From NCBI RefSeq assembly GCF_001194135.2, contig NC_068995.1, positions 54,708,812-54,772,811 of the forward strand: a DNA stretch of 64,000 nucleotides, written 5' to 3'. Position numbers and translations under genes: made by a program. Below, piece after piece: positions 52,107-64,000 of this stretch; position 1 is the stretch's first letter, and each line of letters begins with the position of its first letter. The notes beneath the pieces are model-generated. The model saw only the letters and a program-made list of their open reading frames with translations. It searched no databases and was not told the DNA's origin. Source of the stretch: Octopus bimaculoides. Taxonomy: Eukaryota.

Positions 52107-53404
52107 TTATACGAACACACTAAAATACGGAATAAAAATAGAAATATATCTAATGAAATGTCACACTGCATTTTATCAGCCGTTTTATCGTCTCAGCAAA
52201 TCAGCAACCCTTCACTGAATGGAAAATAAATTTCCTGAATTCAGTGGCACACTGGAGAAACCTTATTATGTAAAAAGATAACATTTCGTTTAATAGTGTC
52301 AACTCGCATTCTCCTAACATAATAGACGGAAGTGAAAGAAAATATAATAGACAAAGCGTATACCGAGATTGTCAGGTTTGAATATATGAACAAAAGTGTT
52401 TACTGCGTTAAGAACATGCGGGCGTACATAATACGTTCGGGCATACATATGTGTGTGTTAAAGGTTTTATTTCTTATCTGATCAACTGTTAATAGAATTG
52501 TGATTAATGCCGAGTTTTGTATTTTATATCTTGCTTAGCGGAAGGTGTTAATAGAACATTGTATTATTTTAATTACTTAAATACAGTTACTTTGCATTCT
52601 TGGTACCAAAGTTTGAATATACTGCTGACTCGAGTATTTTACGCATATACATTCGTTATGTATTATTGATAATCTAGGATACACATGCCGTTAATAATGC
52701 CAGTTTGTACATATATTTCTATTATTGAAATTTTCATTCTGTAATCATTCTTAAGCATATATTTTCTAACTTTCTCTTCTAACGATCCATTCGCCTTCGG
52801 TTTCATCTGATTTTTATTACTTCAGCTGTATATCTTATATTGTTTAATTTCGTTTCCCTTTCATCGCCAGTCTCATTATCTAATCCTTGAGGTGCTCTCT
52901 GTCTTATTTCTATCAATCTTCTCTCTTTTTTTCTTCCTCGGCTTCATGGTGTAACACAACTCTCATTTGCTCAGGTTTTCTTGAGTTTTGCTTCTCACTT
53001 TCAAGCTGTAGCTTAAGAATTGTTTTCCCTTTCGTCCTCTATTCGACCTTGCTCCACTTCAGCAGTATTATTTAATATTACTCTGTGTCTCTGTCATTTT
53101 TCTCGGTCTTTACTCTTAGCTTTATTTGACTTCGCTATGGTAATCGCAGCATCACAGTATCTCTTTGCTGTTGGTGTTTCTTTGCTTCTCTCTCGATACA
53201 CAAATACACTCGGTACACTTTCATATAGGCTTTTTTTTAGCTGTAATAATAAAGTATATTTCTCTACCTCCTGCATTGGAGTAGTAATTTTTCCCACCTC
53301 GTTTCACATTTATATGCTTACTGTGGTACACACACACACACACATAAATGCATATGCACACACACACACACACACATACACACACACACATATANNNNNN
53401 NNNN

Positions 53405-53450
<46 letters not shown>

Positions 53451-54985
53451 TATGTATGTATGTATGTATAAAGTTAGTATTTTATGCATGCTTGGTGATA
53501 AATACATATATTGAATCACTAATGATTTCTAACGATTTCGTGATTAAGTAGGAAGAGGGGTTATGTTCTTATGTTAAGGAGGAATAGAGTGAGACTCTTT
53601 TATTATCTAATTCTTTCAACGAGCTGTGGTCAATTGTATAGCTTTAGAATGTTTAATTATGTGTGAATAAACATCGAAATAGTAGTGTCCATCATTTACT
53701 CGGAATGTAAGGAGAGTCACTATTACCAAACACCGTTAGCTAAATGGAGGAGGGGATTAATTTTGTTTCATTTGATTATTAAGTTATGGTTGAATGATCA
53801 GTAAGGGCAAGCTGTTCGCTATTCAGTGGCATTAGGATAGTTAGTGCGGAAAATTAAATAAAATTAGATTGCGAAGTTCATTAGTGAAGCTGGTTGATTG
53901 TTGGTTGCATTTAAATAATTCAGTGACGTGATCAATAGAAAAACAAAACAAAACAAAACATAAAATACATAATATGAAATTTTATGTTCGCTTTATGTAC
54001 TGTAGCTCTACAGAAATATGTTACTATTAACTTGACTATTGATCAGTTTTGGCTACACAAAATGTACAAATCCGCCACAATTTGAAAGCGGAATAAATTA
54101 TAACATCGTCATTACAATTAGAGGTCATGCACGTAAGATATCCTTTTTGACTTTCTTAGGCATTTCGTAACTGTTTAGCACGAATTAGTCTCACAAAAGA
54201 TCAAAAATCTGGCCCTAAAATGTACTGCTTATGTTCCCGCCGTCATTCTGGTGCTTTCCGCAGCTACCTCCTGCAGCTAATCATCTCGTGTTACCGCCAA
54301 TTAGGCAAAATCGTTTCCGTCTTTTCTAGCCTATTTTACAAATGCGGCTTTAACAACTTCTAGAATGGCTTCAGATAACCCAATTACTAACGTCATCCTA
54401 GAGGAAATATTGGTTACGTATTTGGTAATTGCTTTATTAGTTTAGCTTTAGTAGATCCGGGACACAGCAAAGTTAATAAGCAGTGAAAATGGTTACTGTT
54501 TGACGTTTTTATACCGTTTCGTCTTAATTTATTCATTTGTGGGTTATTGATGAACTTTCGTTACACTGTAATTTTTTTCTACAGTGTTGTTGACTGGAAT
54601 TTTAAAAAATGTACATTGTCGACATTTTACCTGTTGTTGATGATTATTTCTATCGCGCAAATGAAGTGGTAATTTTCAAGTAAATGCAAATTATATAATT
54701 ATGTTACTAATGCGTTTGAAGAAATTCTTGCAAAGATTTTCTTGTGGCCGCTTTTGATAACAGATAATTTATACGGAGTGTAAAGTTACTTTCATCTGTT
54801 AACCATAAATAATGTTTCCAGCGATTGTTGTGCCTTTGATCTGTATCACCTGAGATCCAGCAAAAGTATTATCAAAGAAGTAATACAATAAGTATATGTA
54901 GCAGTTAGTGTGAGAACAAAAATTGTCTATCGATAACATGTAAATATTAGGTCGAAATGGTAGTTCTATTTTTCGGACCTTACTT

Positions 54986-55047
<62 letters not shown>

Positions 55048-55149
55048 GTGACAATTATCCGGTAGCCATGATAAAACTCCGAGTTTCGGATGTCGAGGCG
55101 GAAACCATGTTCATGAGAGGTGAGTTTATTTGAAAACAAAGACAGAGAA

Positions 55150-55325
55150 ACGGATTAAGTCGATTATATCAACCTCAGTGCGTAACTGGTACTTAATTTA
55201 TCGACCCCAAAAGGATGAAAGGCAAAGTCGACCTCTGCGGAATTCGAAATCAGAACGTAGCGGTACACGAAATACCGCTAAGCATTTCGCCCGCCGTGCT
55301 AATGTTACTGCCAGCTCGTCGCCTT
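55150..55325 (-). mobile_element. tRNA-derived SINE (type C)
   Basis: Paralogous to 28493-28722 over its full length. Confidence 0.92.
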
Positions 55326-57241
55326 GGAATATATTATATATTAGAAAGAATAAACAGCTGCACGAAGTACGTAATTGACCTTTATTATAAATTTACAAGA
55401 ATTAATGTAAATCAATGCATATTCTACATATAAAAATTAATGAAGCTGTTCAGAAACTTTCTTCGACATGCTCTCAGAAGTGGATATTACTAGCTCTGAA
55501 ATTTTGCATTTATGAATCATCGAGAATCTATATGTATAATTAGTATAAAAATTAGAGTAATGCTACGTCTAATTTGAAATATACATGTATTTTTACTATA
55601 GATGCAAAAGCAGATACAGTATATTGATAACTGCTTAGCTTTCAAGTTGCTAATTGCAACAACACTAACCTGCGCTAAACGCTTTTAACTGCACCAGGTG
55701 GAATTTATACAACGTTTCTCTGAAATGGTCATTCTGTTGAGGATTTTTTTTTCTTTTCCAGCAAATGATTTTAATGTTTATGTGTGAGTGTGTGGGTGTG
55801 TGTGCGTATGCATGTATGTTTGTGTATACATGTAAGCATGTATGTGTGTATGTATGTACGTATATATTTGTGTATGTGTCTATGTAAGTATGCTTGAATG
55901 TATGCGTGTACGTGCTTCTGCAACTATCTATGTATTTATGTATGTTAATTTGGTGAAAATGTATGAATAAATATCTACATATGTTGTAATGATATGTTCA
56001 GAGAGTTTGTCGTTCTAGAGGAGACATGAACTGGATAAGATAAATACACAGCTTCCGAAAAATGACATAAAATGACTGCAACGTTGGCTAAACAATGAAA
56101 AATTGATCGACAGACGAACATGATTGACAGAATGTTTGCCGATTCCTAATACTTACAACATTAAGTCAAGATATTTGAAGAGGCATTTTATAATCTTAAA
56201 AATAAAAAAAAATAAACGGAAGCGTTCTCATAGAGTAAGTCTGAAGTAGTAATAAGTGGAAGAAAAATTTAGGGTGTAGTACACTAGATGAAATAGAAAG
56301 GCCAAGTTAATATTTAATAACAGTAGCGGGAATTTGCCTTGGATTTTTGGGAGTACCCTGTGTGTATTTGATTTAAACATTTCATTTTATTTCCCTCTCT
56401 CACCCAAATAAACAACTATACACGTGATTTATTTCATTAATATATAGCGTTATACTATATAAGTATGTGGCAGATTGTTTTCGCTTCGCTCGCCCGTATA
56501 CGTCCAAATGAGTGTTTTAACACTTATTTCTAGCGGGTTAACACTTTAATGAGTTCTTTGGTTAATATATATATATATATATATGTCTATGTATGTTTGT
56601 ATGTATGTATGTATGTATGTATGTATATATATTGGATAGAAAGATAGATAATAGATAGATAGATGGATGGATATACAAGCATACACACGCGCACACAAAC
56701 ACATACACACAAACGCTCACACATGCACACATACTCTCAGGCACATATATATATATATACATATATCTGCTACGTGTAACAAATATCATCTGTTCAAAAT
56801 AGCGGTAGCACTTAATACAGATTCATCACGGGAAGCCTAATTAATTGTGATATTGCCCTGAGATAATAACGCATATAGACGTAGACCATTAAATAGCAAC
56901 ATTTATATTAGTATCAGTGGAAAATCGTTCAGCATAGGTGAAGGCATTGCATGATGCGCAATTTTGTTTCTTTAGGTTATATGTCATTCAACATATTTCA
57001 CCTGCCATATATATATATATATACACATGCACACGCACATACATATATTGATAGACATGCATAAATGCTCGAAATACGAGAGTAGAAAAACAGCCAAGAA
57101 CTAACAAACGGTAGTTGTTTATGTTTGTCTTCTTTCCATTTGTGTCTTTCGTTGTTCGAAAAACTAGTTCATATTCCACGTACTCTTACTTCATATTTTT
57201 GTTGTTGTACACGTTTCATGACGTCCTGTGCCCACATATGC

Positions 57242-57321
<80 letters not shown>

Positions 57322-58141
57322 GAATAGATGTATGCACATATACGTATGTATATATATTATTTATATTATGTATATAATATACATAATATATATATATAAA
57401 TAACATGTATATTTATATATACGTATGTGAGTGTATATCTGTGCGTGTTTGCATGTATATACATTCATATCCATACATAATTAATACTAGTTGCAACACG
57501 CTTATAGTCAGGAGAAGGAGTGCCCTACAATTTCATAAACGATATCGTCACCACATCTGTCAGACTCCGACATCACAACAAAAGCTCACTTCTCGCTAGC
57601 TAGCTCACCTTCCTTATGAACACAAAAGCTTTTACAGCAGTCGTGTAGTGGTTAATGTATGATTCTGCTAAGGATATTCTGAGTATTGGCACTAATAAAC
57701 AGATACCTTTTAATTAAATTCCTGGAAAGGATTTTGGTCCTGCAAGTCTTTGTAATACTAAATAACTGATGCCAGTAACTGTGATTCTAGTAAGTAGCCT
57801 CTATTGTGATAATAAAAACATTGTAATAATCATCAAAAACAAGTTTCTTAGATAATTGAACTTCAAAATCATTTCAGCAGTGACATTTTCATAGAAATCT
57901 AAGTAATGAAAAATCGATTACTTAGATTCTAATGATAAGCAGATACAAAAGATTTTAAATATCTTTTCTCAGGTAGCTGAGATTGCTTGTATTTGCAGTA
58001 GACGGTATAACTTAGCCCAGTACCTCTCGTAGAGATTGCAATGTTTACAGAAAATTATTCAATTATTGCAACGGAGTTCGAAAACAGAATAGCACGTACA
58101 CGCGCGCGCGCGTTATGTAAAATGTATTTGAGTGTCAGCAC

Positions 58142-58176
<35 letters not shown>

Positions 58177-58505
58177 GTTTCTATGTATGTATAATATATA
58201 TGTCTTGACACACACAAATTCACACAAAGAAAAATAATAATGAAATAATTTCACTGCAGTAGAAAAGGTACCATGAGGGCACCCTAGACGGTAAAATACA
58301 GGGTTCTACGACCAGCAAACTTCGAGTGCTACAATCTTATCATTATCGGTCATGTCGCTTCGATATGAAGAGAATTTACACAGCAAAGTGTATACCCAAA
58401 GATATAATTCTAAGAATATTGTAATGTAAATATAACACAGAAGACTTGAGTCCTTAAGAATACACACACATACACACGCATAAATATATATATATGTGTG
58501 TGCAT

Positions 58506-58791
58506 GGAAGTGCATGGTTTAGGCACTCTCGATTGCGAGATCATGGGTTCGATTCCCAGATCCGGCGTTGCGTTGTGTTCTTGAGCAAAGCACTTCATTT
58601 CACGTTGCATTGCGATAATTTCTACATCTGACATGTGGTACTCGTGGCACCTCTACAGGTAATATTGATCTGATGGAGGAAGTGAGCTTATGTCTACACA
58701 CACATTCCATCACTTTATACAAATCATCCGGGTGGTTTTTTTGGTAAGAAATTGTCGAACTTTCGTACTTAGTACAACGACGGGAGAGTCC
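58506..58791 (+). mobile_element. tRNA-derived CORE-type SINE (type B2)
   Basis: B box gggttcgattccc (58545-58557), CORE-like tgtgttcttgagcaaagcacttcatttcacgttg, and a tail shared with 10640-10822. Confidence 0.85.
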
Positions 58792-58793
58792 AT

Positions 58794-58833
<40 letters not shown>

Positions 58834-59399
58834 NNNNNNNNNNNNNNNNNNNNNNNNNNNNNNNNNNNNNNNNNNNNNNNNNNNNNNNNNNNNNNNNNNN
58901 NNNNNNNNNNNNNNNNNNNNNNNNNNNNNNNNNNNNNNNNNNNNNNNNNNNNNNNNNNNNNNNNNNNNNNNNNNNNNNNNNNNNNNNNNNNNNNNNNNNN
59001 NNNNNNNNNNNNNNNNNNNNNNNNNNNNNNNNNNNNNNNNNNNNNNNNNNNNNNNNNNNNNNNNNNNNNNNNNNNNNNNNNNNNNNNNNNNNNNNNNNNN
59101 NNNNNNNNNNNNNNNNNNNNNNNNNNNNNNNNNNNNNNNNNNNNNNNNNNNNNNNNNNNNNNNNNNNNNNNNNNNNNNNNNNNNNNNNNNNNNNNNNNNN
59201 NNNNNNNNNNNNNNNNNNNNNNNNNNNNNNNNNNNNNNNNNNNNNNNNNNNNNNNNNNNNNNNNNNNNNNNNNNNNNNNNNNNNNNNNNNNNNNNNNNNN
59301 NNNNNNNNNNNNNNNNNNNNNNNNNNNNNNNNNNNNNNNNNNNNNNNNNNNGTATGTCTCATATGACAACATATATACACGCACAAAAAACACACGTAC

Positions 59400-59444
<45 letters not shown>

Positions 59445-60579
59445 TTTTTATGTTCATATATATTTAATATAGTTAATGCGCTTTTTAAGGTGCATGTTTT
59501 ATATAGTATTAAATTATTTTATTTCTATCTATGCATATGTATTATAGAAGTGCTTCGTAATGTTAAGAATTATAAGTGGTAACGTTTTTGAAGATATCAG
59601 AGATTACCACTGAGTATAATCTTCGAAACATAAGATTACATGTCTTCCTTCTAATCTTCTTTGTATGGATTAATCCGTAACAAACATGCTGAAATGCGTT
59701 GTGAGTATTATCACTCGCTTAATATGGAAAACTATCTAGGAAAAGTTACAATTCCATCATTTGCATTATATCTGAAAGTGATTATGGGCGTATCAAAGCT
59801 AGGCTGCACGATATTATACATGTACTTAATTATATACATACACGCATATATACATATATACACGCATACATGTATACATGCTTACAATTGTATATTAATA
59901 TTTGTGTGCGAATAAAATTTCGAACGACAAATTTTTATGCTTCAGGAATTTTAAGAATAACTATAAAGTGTTTGATTTTTATCTAACTTAATGTGGAATG
60001 GAGGATCGAAATCATTTTAAAAATATTTCAAATGCGCATTTGAGTTTGCATGAGAATTTTTCAGTGTACTATTACAGTAAAACCGCGGAAATGGGTGTCA
60101 AAAGAAGCAAGATACAATTTGCATAATATGGATGCATAAAGAAAACATACACTAAATATTTTTCTATTGAAAATAATTTCCAGTACTGGCTCCAGGGTAT
60201 TTTTTCTGTAAAATTAAACTCTCCCTTTACATTTCGCCCTCAAAATATATACTTATCGTTGTTGATAGTTGTGCTCATCATATAAACTGTCTCTATAAAA
60301 AGAAAAAAAAAGCAGCATTTGTCAACAAATTCATGTGGTTCTGAGCAAATTCTTCGATATCTTTAATTTACTTGTATCAGTGAATGATGATCAGCATTAG
60401 TATATATATGCATACACACAAATACACACACATGTGCACGAACGCACATACTTATATGGATATATATATAGAGAGAGAGATACAGAGAGGCAGAGAGGAA
60501 GAGAAAAAACTGACTGTTACAAACATACATTAAATATCTTTAGTATACAAATTCATAAATCTCTTGTGATCTATAACGT

Positions 60580-60894
60580 GACACTATGACGGTTACAACG
60601 ACGAGTGTTCCAGTTAATTCGATCAACGGAACAACCTGCTCGTGAAATTAACGTGCAAGTAGCTGAGCACGTACTTCTCGGGGAGGTTCAGCGTGACAAC
60701 GAGTGTGACAAGGCTGGCCCTTTGAAATACAGGTACAACAGGAACAGGAAGAAAGAGTTAGAAAAAGTTGTGGTGAAAAAGTGCAGCAGGGTTCGCCACC
60801 ACTCCTGCCGGAACCTCATGGTGCTTTAGGTGTTCTCGCTCAACAAACACTCACAACGCCCGGTCTGCCCTAACCACTCGGCCATTGCGCCTCC
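60580..60894 (-). mobile_element. tRNA-derived SINE (type B3) with B box deleted
   Basis: Minus strand ggaggcgcaatggccgagtggttagggcag joins directly to accgggcgttgtgagtgtttgttgagc; distinct long 3' tail. Confidence 0.85.
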
Positions 60895-63255
60895 ACCGTA
60901 ATCTATAATAACTTATAGAAAACATTTTCTACCATTAACACCTTGCTGATCATTACTGTGTAAACTCTGTCCCCTGATATCTGTTCCCTGAGCTTCAATA
61001 TTTATTCTCTATTGCTTTCTCTTAATCTAATTTAAAGACCGATTTACCTTAGCGGTTGATTTTAGTGTACTTAATTGCTGTCAATAGTATAAATATGTTT
61101 TGTAATTTATAGTCAATTTGCATCGAGTTTCTCTTTCAATTAATTATTTTCTCTTCGCGTTTGTTCGCAATTTCAGCAAATGTATATCGAATTTTAATTT
61201 TCAGTTTTGCATTTCTAGGAATAGATTTGTATTGTTAAGTTATATTCACATAATTCTAAGCACATAGTCCGTGTTACACGATACATTCTTAGGTTATGTT
61301 TATTTTATTCCGTATATTAAAGTTGTTGTCATGAAGATCTTTGTGGTCATGACAGGCCTCTTTTATCTTTGTGAGCTGGAACAGTCAATTAGATTTCCTA
61401 GATGTATCTAAAAACAAAATGCCGCAGACTGTGTTCTGAATTAAAATGATGTGTGCTGTATACTTCCTGGTAATGAAGTAGCAGGTTAGAAACTGCATTC
61501 AGAAAAATGCTACATTTGTCTTGAAGCATCCTGGTGTGATTAGATTACTTCTTGAATCAAAGGCGAAACCAAGCCATACATCTATTTATCTGCGCTGTAT
61601 AATTGTTTAAGATTTGTGTAGTAAACGTAACCGAAGGACATATCAGTTATGTAAGGAAGAAATGCTATAGTTACTCTCTTCCTTACACTCAGTATGAGTA
61701 GAACACATAGCAAATGTAATTTTTCCTTTGTGAAAAATTCCAGTAATCTAAAAGTACTTAGATCAGTACAGTGTGTTATAAAAATGGAAGCACCATAGAT
61801 TAAGTGTTGACAGCGTTATAAAAATGTAGCAAATATCGTTGCAAATTTTATGATGCTCACATCACAATCAGTTACATCAGTCGCACAAATAATTGTTTTT
61901 ATACATAACTGGTTCAATTAATTATATTTCCCTGAGGAACATGCAATAATGCAACACGATGAACTCGTAATAATTTAGAATGCAAACTCTGAACATGGAA
62001 GTTTCATTAGAGACGCTACCAGCGTTAATGTGTATGATAAGCGTCGACTGACAACGATGTAATACAACAAGCATTTTCATTCACGGAAGCATTGAGCGAA
62101 ACTCACATAAAACTACGCATCGACAAAAATATAATACTGTGCATGGAAACAGAAGCAAGAACTTTCGAACTTCCGGTCACTATCTCCAAAAGAACGGTTT
62201 TTGTAATCATTTACCAAGTTTACTTAAAAACTATCATGCTAGTCAAATCATGGTTTAGTGGCCTGAAAAATTAGTAGTTGTATTACTACTAAAGTAATAA
62301 GTATTCAAAGAATATAAAACATATTTAAAAAAAAAAAGTCTCACATCATAGCAAAATAAAATATAATCATTAGTATAGCAATAAAAAAAAACCTTTATTC
62401 ATTGCACTTCCATAGCGATACCTATAGTACGTGATATTATTAAACAATGACTAATGTATAAAAATGACAGGCGTAAAATATTTAAAAAATACAATATGTT
62501 CTAGAAATGATGAAGTTATGAATATCGGTTTATTCTAGTCATGCCTTTCATTAGATATCATTCATTATATTTTTTCCCATATTTTTTTTTCATTTAAGGA
62601 CATTTTGGAACATTACATTTTATTCAATTTTTTTGTTATTGTTTTCTTACATTGTAGTGAGTCTATTTATATTATTTTCCACTTTATTGTAGATGCTTAG
62701 AATTCCTGGAGCGTCTCAGTAAAAGTTGTCGATATATTTTTTTATCTGTTATACACAATAATTCAACAGATTTTTTTTTACCGCTTATAACAGGTCTACC
62801 AAAGAATATGACACCATTCGTGACTAGATATCAAACCTTGAAAATGATATCAAATAAGAGAAAACTTTTTCAAAAGAGAATAGTATATTACACATTTATA
62901 TATATATAACTGAAATTCACTAGATACTCATTAGGTCTGCAAATACTATCCAGTTTCAGAGATGTGTTTGAAATATTAGTAAAAGAATGAAAACTTTTAA
63001 TGTTTACCGGCTATGTGAGTTTACTTATTTATTTTAATAAAAATATATGTCTATGTTATGAAAATGTTCAACATCGTGTTTGAACACATCTAGGTATATA
63101 CATACGCTCCCGCACACATAAATGCGTATATATATATATATGCGTGTGCGTATATACATGTATGTATATATACATATATATATATATGTGTGTGTGTGTA
63201 TGTATATACGCATGCCTCTATGTGTTACATGTATTTATTTATGCATTTGTATATA

Positions 63256-64000
63256 TTGGTTTGGCAACTATGATCCCGCCGTTTTTTTTTTAACTTTGGA
63301 ATTTATTGCGTTTATAAATTTTTTGAATTGAATTAATTTTTTCCGAGAATTCTATTTTTGAATAATTTTGGAATATATTTTGCTTTGTTTTTCTAGTTAA
63401 TTTTAGTTAATTTTTGTTTATTTTCAGATCATTAAAATGGAATGTCAAGTCAAGAAAAACGAGCATTTTTGACACCTCCTTTTTGCTTATAATCAAGGTT
63501 CTAAGGCCGCAAAAGCTGCTGATGACATCGGTAAACAAGCGACACCACGCGTGCAACAAGATCTTCATCCGCGTAAAATGATGTCGTGGGCATGGTGGGA
63601 CTGGGAAGGGATTATCCGTTACTAATTCCTTGAACGGAACCAAACGGTCAACGCGGAACTCTATGTTCAAGAGATGAAATGACTCAACACGTCTATTTAA
63701 GAGAAAAGTCCTAATCGTCAGCATGTAGTTCGTCTGCTGCACGACAACGCCCGCCCTTATATCGCTAATATGACCAAGGAAGCCATTCAAATGCATGGCT
63801 GGGAAGTACTGCCAGACCAGCCGTACTCTCTTGATTTGGTCTCAACGGATTTCCACTTCTTTCGATCTGTTTCAAATGCTATGCGTGGAGTTTCGTTCAA
63901 TACTGATGCAGAATTGAGAGCTTGGTTGGATCAATTTTTCGAGTCGAAATCGGGTGATTTCTACCAACGAGGTATTGAAAATCTTGTTGAAGCTTGGGAA
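63256..64000 (+). mobile_element. Internally deleted mariner (D,D34D) transposon, truncated by the window end
   Basis: TA|ttggtttggcaact left end; ATG at 63437. A single frame with 4 stops gives MECQVKKNEHF*HLL...AADDI|GKQATPRVQQDLHPRKMM...WWDWEG...LLHDNARP-(34-residue spacing)-YSLDLVSTDFHFF. Confidence 0.95.

Noticed and set aside
52880-53300. Purine-rich minus-strand segment giving charged peptides
   Set aside because: Multiple stops in all frames and no family motif I can name.
58545-58557. tRNA-like B boxes here and in other SINE heads as possible tRNA genes
   Set aside because: No complete cloverleaf; all continue into SINE bodies.

Overview
AT-rich, microsatellite-dense eukaryotic DNA with 16 N-gaps. 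The SINE families and the (TA)n/(TG)n/(ATAC)n load look like an Octopus (coleoid cephalopod) draft assembly; this is recognition from memory, not a database search. No host gene can be called with confidence. Most long ORFs in the track are artefacts of N-runs or simple repeats. The window is mainly a graveyard of decayed mobile elements: about 20 tRNA-derived SINE copies or fragments, Tc1/mariner relics and a mariner MITE, a Helitron N-terminus, Penelope-like (GIY-YIG) fragments, and RTE, CR1/Jockey-like, R4/Dong-like and HERO-like LINE pieces. The most notable observations are two minimal hammerhead-ribozyme-like motifs in Penelope-type termini, a ~300-bp foldback element, several perfect hairpins (one carrying a consensus 5' splice site on each strand), two restriction-like-endonuclease retroposon ends joined head-to-tail, and one isolated cadherin-like open frame ending at a GTAAGT donor. 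I see no evidence for a new multi-gene system. The findings are leads, mostly variations on known mobile-element biology. Coordinates of degenerate elements are approximate.
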